From the IMG/VR virus record IMGVR_UViG_3300017689_000002, positions 4,093 through 68,092 of that record: DNA of 64,000 bases; one strand, written 5' to 3'. The notes below the pieces were generated by a model that was not told where the DNA came from, searched no databases, and saw only the letters and a program-made list of their open reading frames with translations. Source of the DNA: a virus (Duplodnaviria; Caudoviricetes). How positions within the stretch are numbered: the stretch's first letter is position 1; every line of letters begins with the position of its first letter. Shown in pieces: positions 46,963 through 58,091 of the stretch. A program made the position numbers and the translations under genes.

Positions 46963-49900
46963 AGATGCACCACACCTGTGTCAATAAGAGCATTGAAGAC
47001 CACAAACACTAGAAGACAAACCATAGCGAAGGACAGATGATCCCTGCCGCCTGCATCAGGAACTTTTGTGAATATACCATGTACCGGTGCATCAATAGTA
47101 TGACCACAGATGTCACATGCTCCGCTGCCGTCTTTCTTTCGAACCCAATTGTGATCCCAGTCAGGCACTCTCAACCACCCTCTTCCGATACTCACGGATC
47201 CGATCATCGTGGTTACGACCCAGACGTCGGTGTTGATCCCAGATAGCTGAACCACCATATCCTCGGATGCACGGCTCCTTAGGACCAGCCCAGCACACAG
47301 GGCAATCGATGTCTAGCGGAGGCGCATCAATATGAGTCATGGTCGACTGCAGGTCAACCCTCTGGTCGTGCCAGACACCATCAGTCTCACCCATATCCCA
47401 CTGAGGGTTGCAGGCTTCACCACCGATAGCACCACACACGGGGCAGGGAGTGAACTGAGGATATACCTCGTCCAGCTGGTCAGTGATCTCTTTGACGAGC
47501 TCCTCACACTCATCTAGAGTACGACTACCAGTGTTGCCCACATATTCGAAGACAACATGCAGCAGACGCCTAGCCCGCTCAGCATCACCCAGTTCAATAG
47601 TTGTCATTTTTCAACCGTTCATCATCACTCAGATCAAAAAGCTCTTTGCTTAGCAGATTAGCTTGTCTACGCATATATGTCTTGTTTTCATTAGTGACGT
47701 CAGGTAGAAGATCCATCGCCTCTTTAAACACGGGCATACCACAATCAATCAGTTTATTCAAGAGGTTCAACTCGAATTTGTCTAGAGTGATCGTGACCGA
47801 CGCTTCTACCGGAGCTTTAACATGACTCCTCATTTTTCAGCCCCATAGATGTCGAACCCCAACTCCTCAAGATTCCTAATACGCGGCTTGTGCATCTTCT
47901 CGAGATCAGGGATAAAGCGTTTGACTTCACCATGCTCATCAAGGACTACACAATACTGATCACCACCACGTCCACATGTCGAGCAAACAACCGTACCAAA
48001 CAGCAAATCAGATAGCATACCACGGTCGTCTTTAAGCTTGTGTAGAATGACCTTATACTTTTTAGCCTTAAACCTTTTCAGCCTATCGATATTTGCATCC
48101 ACCTCTGCAATGGTCTGAATCAGCAATGCCTGCAGTTTATTCATTGATAACTTCTTTCTTGGTGAGAATCATAACACCGTCACGGTTCTGCAACGGTTTG
48201 AACGCAATGTCGATAGACTCAACAATAGGTAGTACATGGATATAGTCACCAGTGAGACTTAGCTCAGGTTCCGATTCGTGGATCTCGATCTCGAGGTTTC
48301 TAATCACAGGGAACTCATGTGTGATCTTCATACCTTTCGATTCAATGATCACCGTCATCTTATCGAATTCTGTAGGATATAGCTCTTTACTCACATCTCC
48401 ACCATTACTCTCTCTATGCCGAGTTCTATTGCGATGCAAATACGATGATGCCCATCCCAGATACGTCCATCGTTACCTAGGAGGATCGGCTGAATATCGT
48501 CAGCGAAACCAATACCCTCGTTGAGCACACGCTCTAGGATCCTGAAGGTCTTCGCCTTGTCCCTACTAAATAGGTCGAGGCATTCCTCCATCCAACCCCA
48601 GTCTCGTGAACCTGGACGATATAGATCCACGAGATCAGCAACGCGCACCTCAGTTAGTATGGGTTTATTACTCTCTAACACTGTCAAGCACATCCTGCAT
48701 ACGCTCAATTTGCTTTGGGTCGGTCTTATCAAATATGTTGTCCGCTGATGCCAAGTAGTCTAGAATCTCGCCAAGACCATCTCTTAGGATAGCAAGCTCC
48801 TCCTGAGTAACAACCAGAGAAACTCGTCTATTATTACCCGTCGGTTTTGCTTGCACGTTCAGCCGCCTCCTTAGCCAACCCAGAAACCAATTTATCCGTC
48901 ATCAAGGCTCTCATAGGTTCTGCCTGATTTTTGAGCTCAGACATGTCAGTACCCATCAGCTCCAAAGATATGATCCGTTCCTTCAGGTGCTCTAGAGCCA
49001 GCAAGAGCGTGCCATATTCTTCGCCAGAGACAAAGAGAGCAAGCTCATTAGAGTCAGGCGTTTCAATAATTCTCATCAGTACCGATCCCTCTTCTTACCA
49101 ACCACGAGCTTAGCTACGAAGATAACAGCCTTCACAACGCCTCGTACGACTACCCACAACAGCTTACTGATAATATGACTCATTACTTATCCTCACATCC
49201 ACATTCATCGGTGTGTCGTCTTCCATGTTTACCATTGGGACCCAGAGGCCTAAGGATATCAATCTGGTCAATCAAACGCTGCAGGATAGCCACGTCTGTC
49301 TTAGTGTCGTCGAATGGAATAACCAGACCCTTACGGATCCGTTCACCTTCGGCACTCTGAGCCCTACAGAGAATTTCTCTAAGGGACTTAGGATCCTCAA
49401 TCTGAAGTTGTGCCATCTTTAGTATCCTTAACTACGCCTGATATATCAACTAGTTTTCTGACCGCATCTGCCAGACCCTCCTGGTGTGCCACACTGCTGA
49501 CATCGTGACCACAGACATTACAACGGGAGCTACTGGGGAACTCCTCACTACGCTCCCAGATATGCGGTTCGTATGCGTAACTACCAGCCATTAAAACAAC
49601 CACCCATCAAGCACATTGTACACGACAGCAACACTAGATAGAATAAGCGAAAACACCGAGAATCTCATAGCGAATCGGCTCTCTTTTTGTGCTTTGTTTT
49701 TAGCATCTTTAGAAATACGCTCTTCGTAAGACAGCGAATCTTCAGACTTCGACCAGGTACTCCCAGCAATATCTACACCATGCACCGCGTGCTGCTCAGG
49801 GAGCCCACAGAGCTGACACACGGATCCGTAGGCTCCACTGCTACCGAAGACGAACTCATGAGTCGCGTCGTCTCCAGGCTTACTAAACTTCGCCATTACT

Positions 49901-50078
49901 TTTTCTCCTTAATCTGGTCCATCAGGAACTTCAAAACTTCTCGATCTTTGGGATAATATGCACCAGCAACGGCCTGCCTAAGCACCTGATACGTCTCCTC
50001 CGGATCTCCAGCATCAATCATGAGGATCTCTTCGCGAGGATCGTAATATGGATCCTTGTACCGCCAGTGTTTACCCAA
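46959..50078 (-). other. Array of about 14 small hypothetical genes, several with CxxC Zn-finger motifs and TM anchors
   Basis: Coupled minus-strand ORFs, for example 47161-47607, 47830-48144, 49397-49603, 49591-49896. Confidence 0.6.
48391..48681 (-). CDS. ParB/sulfiredoxin-like domain protein
   Basis: PILLGNDGRIWDGHHRICIAIELG. Confidence 0.7.
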   Translation of the reverse strand: MLESNKPILTEVRVADLVDLYRPGSRDWGWMEECLDLFSRDKAKTFRILERVLNEGIGFADDIQPILLGNDGRIWDGHHRICIAIELGIERVMVEM

Positions 50079-50652
50079 ACCAAGGCCTCACAATCAGCGC
50101 AACGATCGCCGACACGACACCGTTAAAGAGCAACAAGAGCAAATAACGACTCGTCGACAACGTGATGGTCCTTTTTTTCTTAGGTTCTTGTTCGTGAATT
50201 ACGCTACGAATATCTGCAGAAGTCAGAGGGGTGATAGGCAGACTCTCCCTATCAATATAATCCTGCATAAGACCGCTAGAGTCGTAGTGCGACCCAGTCT
50301 TAAACCCCAGACCACACATCATGCATTTATCACGCCGCTCGGCTTCGTCAGCCGGCCAGCGTCGGAACATGTGGAATCCATCTTCACGGCTCATGACTTC
50401 AAGACCATCCCTGATAGTGTTGTATATTTCATGCAGTTCTGTATACCTTTCTCGGCCACAACGTATACAGAGACGTTCGTTATAAGAACCTGGCTTAAAC
50501 GTGTGATAGTCGGAACTAACACCAGCCAACAGATGCAATTCGCTGTTTTTTCTCTGACCGCAATACATGCAGAACTGTCGGTTGTCGACTTCGTTGTTAG
50601 TCCTTTCAGGCCATGGACTAAACGTATGGTAATTGTCTCCAATCTTCACCAC
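50071..50652 (-). CDS. Triple Zn-finger protein with C-terminal TM anchor
   Basis: Three H.F...CxxCG...H units. Confidence 0.65.
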   Translation of the reverse strand: MVKIGDNYHTFSPWPERTNNEVDNRQFCMYCGQRKNSELHLLAGVSSDYHTFKPGSYNERLCIRCGRERYTELHEIYNTIRDGLEVMSREDGFHMFRRWPADEAERRDKCMMCGLGFKTGSHYDSSGLMQDYIDRESLPITPLTSADIRSVIHEQEPKKKRTITLSTSRYLLLLLFNGVVSAIVALIVRPWFG

Positions 50653-52184
50653 TTAACCTCCTTCTCGTTGAACGTTTTTTTCTGCGCCAATGCTTTCTCA
50701 ATGAGCTGGTCGATTCTGGCAGCTGATCTAAACACGTAGTAATATAGATTGGTGAACGGCGTGTTCAACCGATCGATACGACCTTGCGACTGCTCATAGA
50801 TTTTCCAGCTGTAATTGAGAGAGTAAAACGCCATGGCATCAGTTGTAATGCAGTTCCAGGCTTCGGAAGCAGCAGTATATTGTGCCAGGTATAGCCACTT
50901 GCCGCCTTCTGGGACGGGTTCATGCCTGTGACCATTCCACTCCTTAGTCAAATATCCTAGCGTCTCAGAGAGCGTCCTGAGGGCGAAGAGCTCATAGTCG
51001 AAGTTGTAGAACACGATAAGCTTGGGGTGCTCTTCAAGTAGTTGCATGAGAGCACCCAGTCTCGAGGGATCCGAGTTTACCAGCTTACGTCCAACAATGA
51101 ACATCTCACCGACATCCTTCAGTGGACGATCCTCATAGATATGCCAACGATCTATCCAGACACGACGAAATAGGGCTTCGTCATGTCCGACAAGGATTTG
51201 TCTAATGACACGCTTAGTTGCGCGCGCATACGGCATTTCCACCAGTATTCGGTTACGATACTTGACAAGTCGGTTGACTTCCACAAACCGATCGATCTTT
51301 GGGAAATTTCCGTAGCGGGCGTATACGGCATGGGTACGTAGGAATTCCGTGCGGTTCTTATACCATCCGTTAGCCACGAATACTGGTATATAGTCCACCC
51401 ATGTGTCTCCAGGAGTGGCAGAGAGCATGATCCACTGATTAGCTTTGGCAATCTTGAGGAAGGCCTTAACCCAAGCTCCGCTACCAACAAGACGCTGCTC
51501 ATCAAATATGAAGAAAGCATCCTTTACCTCCGTATAGTTGACAATATTGTTCCAGGAATCGACTACAAGTGCGGGGGGAACTCCGACTTGTTGCTGTCCG
51601 GATCCCACTCCGCCCATGGAGCCATCAGATGCTTTTCGAACTCGTCCGGTGTGTACGGCATCGGCATTCTTCTCATCAGTTCTTTGATTCTTGGATGTGG
51701 ATCCATTCCGTGAGACATCAGACTGTCCCACGCCTGCTTGTCTCGCCCCATCAGCCGATCCAGCTCCTTGTCCGGAATATGTTGGCCAATAGGACGCACT
51801 CCGCTTCGTAGATATCGCGAAGGCCGCAGCTTCCTCTTCCCAGTCCGCACTGTCGCGTTTGCGTGCCGTTGTGATGACGTATATATCGACGGCTTTGGGG
51901 GTTGGCTGTACCGTAGTGTTAGCTCTTGCAATACTAGAGCTGCTTCCTCCGCCGTGTATCCCAGACTCGGACCCTCCGGAGATATCGGTCGAATCTTCTC
52001 CGCCGCCAATCGACCTTGGTACGACGCATCCGAAACTATCGATCCTGTCTCGATATAGGACTTGGGTTGTATAGTAAGCCAGCGCTGTACGGCTTTTACC
52101 CGTGCCGACACCGCCTTTGAGAACTTTACCATTAGATATCTTTCCTACTGCTTCTCGTTGATGTTTGTATAGATTAACTGACAA
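50646..52184 (-). CDS. SF2 (SNF2/UvsW-like) DNA helicase with two low-complexity insertions
   Basis: [28 protein letters not shown] motifs. Confidence 0.88.
   Translation of the reverse strand: MSVNLYKHQREAVGKISNGKVLKGGVGTGKSRTALAYYTTQVLYRDRIDSFGCVVPRSIGGGEDSTDISGGSESGIHGGGSSSSIARANTTVQPTPKAVDIYVITTARKRDSADWEEEAAAFAISTKRSASYWPTYSGQGAGSADGARQAGVGQSDVSRNGSTSKNQRTDEKNADAVHTGRVRKASDGSMGGVGSGQQQVGVPPALVVDSWNNIVNYTEVKDAFFIFDEQRLVGSGAWVKAFLKIAKANQWIMLSATPGDTWVDYIPVFVANGWYKNRTEFLRTHAVYARYGNFPKIDRFVEVNRLVKYRNRILVEMPYARATKRVIRQILVGHDEALFRRVWIDRWHIYEDRPLKDVGEMFIVGRKLVNSDPSRLGALMQLLEEHPKLIVFYNFDYELFALRTLSETLGYLTKEWNGHRHEPVPEGGKWLYLAQYTAASEAWNCITTDAMAFYSLNYSWKIYEQSQGRIDRLNTPFTNLYYYVFRSAARIDQLIEKALAQKKTFNEKEVKW
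51563..52132 (-). CDS. Candidate overlapping gene in the +1 frame of the helicase (189 aa)
   Basis: ATG with SD-like AGGA; protein-like composition exactly where the helicase frame is Gly/Ser-rich; stop falls at the return to helicase motif VDSWNN. Confidence 0.45.
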   Translation of the reverse strand: MVKFSKAVSARVKAVQRWLTIQPKSYIETGSIVSDASYQGRLAAEKIRPISPEGPSLGYTAEEAALVLQELTLRYSQPPKPSIYTSSQRHANATVRTGKRKLRPSRYLRSGVRPIGQHIPDKELDRLMGRDKQAWDSLMSHGMDPHPRIKELMRRMPMPYTPDEFEKHLMAPWAEWDPDSNKSEFPPHL

Positions 52185-52445
52185 TCAGATCCACGTCCCT
52201 GGTTCTCGGAAGATAAGCCATCGCAGCCAGACGACGAACTTACTCCTTTTTTTCATCGTTGCCTTACGCCAATTGCGACGAGGGACTTCGAAATGCACCT
52301 TGCATCCTGGACAGAAGAATACAACGCACTTCTTGTTGAGATTACTAGCACCTGACACAATCAAAGAGTGTTTCTTTTTAGTACCACCGCATGGCAGATT
52401 AGGACTAAAGGTCCACTCCTGCAAGATATCAGTATCGCTCATCAA
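52185..52445 (-). CDS. Small Zn-ribbon-like protein
   Basis: PCG, FFCPGC. Confidence 0.55.
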   Translation of the reverse strand: MMSDTDILQEWTFSPNLPCGGTKKKHSLIVSGASNLNKKCVVFFCPGCKVHFEVPRRNWRKATMKKRSKFVVWLRWLIFREPGTWI

Positions 52446-52925
52446 TTACCTCCTAGTGTTGAACTGCGACATCCTCAGGTTGAGAACGTTGTTGTTTTCA
52501 GTATTGCCATCCAGATGCCGCACCTCCTTTGCAGGATCCCAGTCGTAGAGAAAGGCCACAGCAACCAGACGAGCTACGTTACGATTGAACCTACCCTTTT
52601 CATTAGGGAGGGTAATCATAACGCTTTTTTTGTTAGTTCTCTGTTTCATGATGCGCTTGGAATATGAGTTACGGATGTTGCCATTATCGCTAACCTCGTA
52701 ATCCGGGAACTCATCGATTGTTCGCCAGTCTTCAGCAAACTTCATGAGCTCAAAGGGGGCCAGGAACTCAAGGACAGCCATATCTGTCGTAGCCGGCCCG
52801 GTGTTGTACCCAGCCCCATACCAACGTCCATTTTCCAGGCGCCAGGGATCACCCCTACGATCTAGGTAGATCCCTGGCGCCTTGGGAAGTTCGTACTTCT
52901 TAATCATGACTCTTACGGTTAGCAC
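52446..52925 (-). CDS. NUMOD4-HNH endonuclease-like protein
   Basis: EDWRTIDEFPDYEVSDNG; EVRHLDGNTENNNVLNL. Confidence 0.75.
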   Translation of the reverse strand: MLTVRVMIKKYELPKAPGIYLDRRGDPWRLENGRWYGAGYNTGPATTDMAVLEFLAPFELMKFAEDWRTIDEFPDYEVSDNGNIRNSYSKRIMKQRTNKKSVMITLPNEKGRFNRNVARLVAVAFLYDWDPAKEVRHLDGNTENNNVLNLRMSQFNTRR

Positions 52926-53223
52926 TCTTATGAGACATCTTAAGGTTGTCTACTCTCAAGTTAGTCATGTCACCGTCCTTGTACTCGATTGCCTTTTTTT
53001 CGTCAAACTCAGGAAGGAAATATTGAGCAACCAGACGAGAGACGAGGAACGACTTCTGAATACTGTTAATATACAGAGCTACTCGAAGTTGGCCGTTCTT
53101 AGGGCTGACGGCCTTAGGGGTAAGCATATATCCTGTGTCAACGTTTAGGACCCGGCCCAAGTTACTGACCTGGTACTTGTTATACCCTCGGATACCTGCC
53201 CAAACCTCTTGTAGGTCACTCAT
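52900..53223 (-). CDS. NUMOD4 protein with degenerate HNH
   Basis: EVWAGIRGYNKYQVSNLGRV; IEYKDGDMTNLRVDNL. Confidence 0.75.
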   Translation of the reverse strand: MSDLQEVWAGIRGYNKYQVSNLGRVLNVDTGYMLTPKAVSPKNGQLRVALYINSIQKSFLVSRLVAQYFLPEFDEKKAIEYKDGDMTNLRVDNLKMSHKSANRKSHD

Positions 53224-53407
53224 GCTCTTCCTCGATATATTGGTAGTGGAAACCCTGATGAGTTTCTCTTTCCTTACGCAAACACCTGTAGATTGCGCTG
53301 TAATCACCATTAACATGTCTTGCTGCTTCTCTTGCCGATTCGAACTCCTGATCCGTTTCTACAATAAGGACATGCTTTGGCTTAGGCGGCACGCGAATTC
53401 CACGCAA
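53216..53407 (-). CDS. Stand-alone NUMOD1-type HTH protein
   Basis: FESAREAARHVNG..SAIYRCLR..R.THQGFHY. Confidence 0.7.
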   Translation of the reverse strand: MRGIRVPPKPKHVLIVETDQEFESAREAARHVNGDYSAIYRCLRKERETHQGFHYQYIEEEHE

Positions 53408-54218
53408 TCACGATACCCGTACTGGTCTCATCGACGCTGAAGTTGACACCCGCACGCATCTGAAGCTCCTGCATAGCCCGAGCAAACAACTCGAACTGAA
53501 CCATCGGCGTAGCCTCGACGACGTCGTTCGACAGGAAGTAGGATCCCTGACCCTGAGAGAAAATATCAGAGTCGATGGTGTCGATGACGGTCGGAGCGAA
53601 CTTGACCTCTTCACCCTTTTCCACAGGTGCACTGGGTACAATTTCTGTAGGATATGCTTGAGGCTGGGGGGTCTCAATCGCTGCCGGCTTCGCTTCTTCC
53701 TGCATCATATCAAAGTCCTCAGGAATATCGCGGATACCGATACTGAAACCATAACCGTAATAGAACGGGTTACCGGGAGACCAACCCACCTTGAGTTCAA
53801 GCATGTCCCCCATATCAGCATAGATATGCCAGGTCGTAAAAGCGTCAGTCGTACCCACTCCGGTGATAACATGGTCAACGGAATCGACATTGCGCAAGAA
53901 GGATTCGATCTCAGTATATGCGCAGCAATCACCGATGCCCACCATGGTCACCTGTTTTCCATTGTCGAGTGTGATGACAAAGCCCGAACCAACACTCTCA
54001 GTCCCATAACCGTACGGGTCGTATTCTACCTGCCGATTATCGTCTACTCGGACAATCTTGTGACCAATAATCAGTTCCTCGAGCTTGTCGCGAGACTGAG
54101 GCATTGTTCCATCATCCTCAAAAACATAATCGACACCGGCATCATACCTGTCTGGACGTGCTTTCCAGTCAGCATGCAGCTTGTTGAGATCTTCCTTGGG
54201 GTAACGCTCTTCGGTCAT
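53382..54218 (-). CDS. Acidic hypothetical protein
   Basis: 278-aa ORF with SD AAAGGAG-like element. Confidence 0.65.
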   Translation of the reverse strand: MTEERYPKEDLNKLHADWKARPDRYDAGVDYVFEDDGTMPQSRDKLEELIIGHKIVRVDDNRQVEYDPYGYGTESVGSGFVITLDNGKQVTMVGIGDCCAYTEIESFLRNVDSVDHVITGVGTTDAFTTWHIYADMGDMLELKVGWSPGNPFYYGYGFSIGIRDIPEDFDMMQEEAKPAAIETPQPQAYPTEIVPSAPVEKGEEVKFAPTVIDTIDSDIFSQGQGSYFLSNDVVEATPMVQFELFARAMQELQMRAGVNFSVDETSTGIVIAWNSRAA

Positions 54219-54629
54219 TTGCTTTCCTCTTTCTTAGTCCACTTGACAATAATACCCGCGGGTACTTCTGCTTGATCCATTTGCATACCGAGCATATCAA
54301 TACGACGTCTGATAGCCCAACCTAGATCAGCGGCTTCAACAAGACTGTGTGAGTCGAGCCATTCGTTATCGATCAGCAGCTCGTCAGGCTCATCGGTAAT
54401 CAGGTCAAGAAATTCCATTATTCAAACTCCGGTTTCCAACTGACGACATATCCCTCACGTAGGGGGTCGTAGGTCACATGGATGAACACACCATACTCCA
54501 ACGCTTTTGGCGTCAGCACCTGACCCAGTGTAATAACATCGACATAGGTATTTACGAACAAACTGTCTGGCAGAAACCTACTACCCCGACCCGTCGAGAA
54601 GTCAACAACCTCAACCTTGACGACATCAC

Positions 54630-55139
54630 TCATGCTGCTGACTCCTCTTCAATCGGATCCTGAATAAGTGCATATACCGCAGTCCTGGTGACAAGTCCAT
54701 CTCGGCTAGGGTGCGGATCCCAGAGGATATCCCCTGTGACGGCGTCGGCAATCACAGCGTGATCAAAGTCTCCCCGGGGAGACAGACCAACTAGAATAAC
54801 CTTACCGGGCGCCTTCTCTGGCTCTGCGTACACAGGGAACACCACGTCAAGCTCGACGATATTCCAGCCATGGGCCTTACGCTGAACCCACTGTACCGAT
54901 CGATCCCACCAGTTGTAGTCAGGCGTGATCTCTGACAAATATACGAAGTGCTCTACCGTATACCATGGAACATTCAGCATGATCGCCAAGCAGACCCGCC
55001 AGCAATCTCCCGAGATACCGCTGGGGTGATCTACGAAGCGCATATTCTGTCGCTCTAGGTCAGTCGTAGCAGCTCGGTAAGGACTGCTGTGGAACGACTT
55101 AGGGTTCCTCATGAATGCGTCAGATGTTGCCAAACTCAT
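54630..55139 (-). CDS. Papain-like (C39-type) cysteine peptidase-like protein
   Basis: GDCWRVCLA...DHAVI...WDP putative Cys-His-Asp triad. Confidence 0.45.
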   Translation of the reverse strand: MSLATSDAFMRNPKSFHSSPYRAATTDLERQNMRFVDHPSGISGDCWRVCLAIMLNVPWYTVEHFVYLSEITPDYNWWDRSVQWVQRKAHGWNIVELDVVFPVYAEPEKAPGKVILVGLSPRGDFDHAVIADAVTGDILWDPHPSRDGLVTRTAVYALIQDPIEEESAA

Positions 55140-55335
55140 CGAAGTGTCTCCTCATAGTGCTCTACGCAGAGCGCCTGTCCGTCTTTGATTGTTACTGCTT
55201 GTTGATCATCGAGTGCAATGTATTTCTTAGTGTCGTTATGAAAGCGGGGATATCCTCCATAAGCATCCAGACACTTAACACAGATAACCAGAGCCATACC
55301 ATTGCTAAATGTTCGAGTGTTTTCGTTGTTACGGT

Positions 55336-56064
55336 TCACGGAGCAACCCTCCCATTACGCACAAACGCGTCATAGGTGGCCGGCATGAGCTCAGCGAAGA
55401 TCTTCTCGATCTGCTCAGCACCCATCTGGATCTCGAGTTGAGGATATGACTTGACTGCACTATCCTCAGACTCAACCCGGAGGCTCAGGAAGTTCATCAG
55501 TGACCGAGCGTTGACAGTCCAGTACATCTGACTGTAGATGTTGACCGGGAGGACCATACGAGCGACCTCGGGAGCAACTTTAGACTCGATCATTGCCTGG
55601 TAATAATCCCAAGCAAAGATAGTATTATTCTCTAGAACAGACTGAGTATAGTCCTTATCGTAATCTTTTTCGATATATCCGCTTTTCTCAGCGTCAGAAA
55701 GAGAGACAAATTTGGGCTTCATCTTAGTTCCGATGTTGAACACTTTACGATCCTGGGCAGGAATATAGAATTTACCCGGAAGCTCAGTATAACGACCAGA
55801 CATCTCGTTAAAGCTCGAAATACGGTGTCGCTGCCATTCACGGAAGACAAACAGCGGCGCCTCGACAAAGAACGTCATAGCATTGTGCTCAAAAGGCGAA
55901 CCATGCTTACCGAACATAAGCGAGTCAATCAGTCGCTGGGGTACGGTCTTAGGGTTGTTCTCACCCTTACTGGACACCTGTGCTGCCTGCACAACCATAT
56001 CGTCGCTGGCCATTGCCCTGATCAGCTTGACGGTGATGTCGCTCGAGAACTCTACTTCACTCAT
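55336..56064 (-). CDS. thyX: Flavin-dependent thymidylate synthase
   Basis: HGSPFEH, REWQRHRISSFNEMSGRY, ARMVLP; start MSEVEF. Confidence 0.95.
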   Translation of the reverse strand: MSEVEFSSDITVKLIRAMASDDMVVQAAQVSSKGENNPKTVPQRLIDSLMFGKHGSPFEHNAMTFFVEAPLFVFREWQRHRISSFNEMSGRYTELPGKFYIPAQDRKVFNIGTKMKPKFVSLSDAEKSGYIEKDYDKDYTQSVLENNTIFAWDYYQAMIESKVAPEVARMVLPVNIYSQMYWTVNARSLMNFLSLRVESEDSAVKSYPQLEIQMGAEQIEKIFAELMPATYDAFVRNGRVAP

Positions 56065-56359
56065 TGGTCTGAACCTCCTCGTTAGTTGTTGCTGCCTTAG
56101 GGACCACCCAGTCCTCTTCGAATTCCTTGGGTCCCATAACTCCATACCGATACTGCTCATCCACAATATCGGTAACCACCACGTACTGTCCAACCGTGAC
56201 CGTAGCGTCTCCGAGCTTCATCACCAGACCGTCCTCGGTCTCGCGGACACGACCACCGATACGCTGCGCGACGTCGTCGATATTCTCTTCGGTCAGCTGG
56301 ACTGCAAAGATGTACTGGTTTCGGTTGAAGGACTTAAAGGGCTTGCGTGCTCTAGGCAT
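56057..56359 (-). CDS. Member of the K..A.Q.T..N...V...GG...G.YVV paralog family
   Basis: YIFAVQLTEENIDDVAQRIGG...VGQYVV...KEFEEDW. Confidence 0.65.
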   Translation of the reverse strand: MPRARKPFKSFNRNQYIFAVQLTEENIDDVAQRIGGRVRETEDGLVMKLGDATVTVGQYVVVTDIVDEQYRYGVMGPKEFEEDWVVPKAATTNEEVQTNE

Positions 56360-57734
56360 TGTTTTCTCTCTTTCTCGGAATTTTAGTTTAACCCAGGTTA
56401 GTTGTATGAAGTGAGACCGTTTGCATACCTGCGAAATATGTATCCAGCCTATCATAGTAAGCATTACTAGCAGCTTCGAGATATGCGGGCGCTATAATGA
56501 TAGAGCGGATTGGCCAACCCTGCACCTCTGGAACGCTGGTGGCAATTTTGTAATTGGGAACCAGTAGGTCTTTAGCGTAAAGTTCTCCAGCCTCTTTCGA
56601 GGTGGCAATAATAAGAACGGGTAGATCAGCTTTTTCCCACAGCTCTTCGCCCGCCTCATCTTGATGACGGCCCTGGTGTCCCTCGGGAAGGACACATCTG
56701 TTGCGTAGGCAGAGTGTCATTTTTTCTCCGTAATGTTGCCAGTGTATGGATTTTCTTCAAACTCTCGCTCTTCGACGTCTACATATTCGAGCTCGCCACC
56801 TTTCCAGGTCCGAACAAGTTTAACCGGGAAATCGGTATGCTTGTCTGTACCCTCTAGTGTGTATTCATCGACATAAGCTTTACTGGTGTAACCTGATTTA
56901 GTCGTGTATCCGACTTTAATTTCGGACATTATCTTCCTCTTTCTTTGAGTGTCCTCAACACAGGTTGCTTCGGAAATACCAACAGTAGATACTCGTTACC
57001 CGCTGGAGTAATATAGAAGTCGCCGCGGCAACCACACGCACAACCATCAACCAATCCCCGCTTGATTAGCTGACCCATCTTAGCACGGATTAGCTTTTCG
57101 GGAATATGAGGCATCAGGCGTTCGAGGTCCCAAATCTGCATCCAACGATCATCGGTACGACGAGCGAAGAACTGCAGAATAAGAAGGAAACCAGCATCAG
57201 GCAGATGCTTAGCTTGGAACTTTCTGATTAGCATTTTTTCTCCGTTCTCCAGCTTCTACATAAGCCTGATATACAGCGCTTGCTTTTACGAACTCACCAA
57301 GCTTCTCGTATTTGTTAGCAAGTTCCATCAAATGAGTAGGACCATGTGCATCATCATGAGCCGCATCGTAACCTTTCTGGATTTGACGCTCACGTTCAGC
57401 AGCAACCTGTTCCTTAAATGTAGTCATCATACCTCCGTAGGAACGATATTCAGATCGGCCAGACGTTCATAAGCCTTGTTGATCTGCTCGTCAGTGGGAT
57501 GGGTATACAACAAGATGATATCGGGAGAGACACCCCAGGCCACGGCAGTCGCAATCTGAGCACTGTAGTGAGCGATCTTACCAATACCGTACCAAGGAAG
57601 TTTTGAATAATCAAAACCCATGTTATCGGCGTATTCTTTTTGGACGTCTTTGACTGTAGGATGTCTCAGAACTTCGTTAGCTTGTTCGACAACGGCTTTC
57701 CGAATAGCTTCTCTTTTTTCATCAGTCGTCAGCA

Positions 57735-58091
57735 TCACTTCTCCTTGATTTGATCAGTCCACGGCATCTTCAAACCGTCGTTCTTGCTCCGGGGGACGTA
57801 GTGAATATGCAGGTGTTTTACGGTCTGTCCTGCGTTCTCACCACCGTTGACAATAAGGTTGTAGTCATACGGTTTCCTTGCAGCATACTGGGATGCCGTG
57901 TTGAACAACAAACCTGTAAGGGCTGGAACGTCATGAGGATATGTTGAATGCTCTAGAGCAATGAAAAGCATATGACCCGGCACAACGGGATTTAGCGGTT
58001 CAAAGTAATATACACCCATACCCTTCCACTGCTCCGCGGACCCGTCAGCAATCTTAGCACAGAAAGGACAATTACCAGGCATATTTACCAC
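57735..58091 (-). CDS. HIT family hydrolase
   Basis: CPFC, PVVPGHML, NGG..AGQTV.HLHIHYVP. Confidence 0.9.
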   Translation of the reverse strand: MVNMPGNCPFCAKIADGSAEQWKGMGVYYFEPLNPVVPGHMLFIALEHSTYPHDVPALTGLLFNTASQYAARKPYDYNLIVNGGENAGQTVKHLHIHYVPRSKNDGLKMPWTDQIKEK

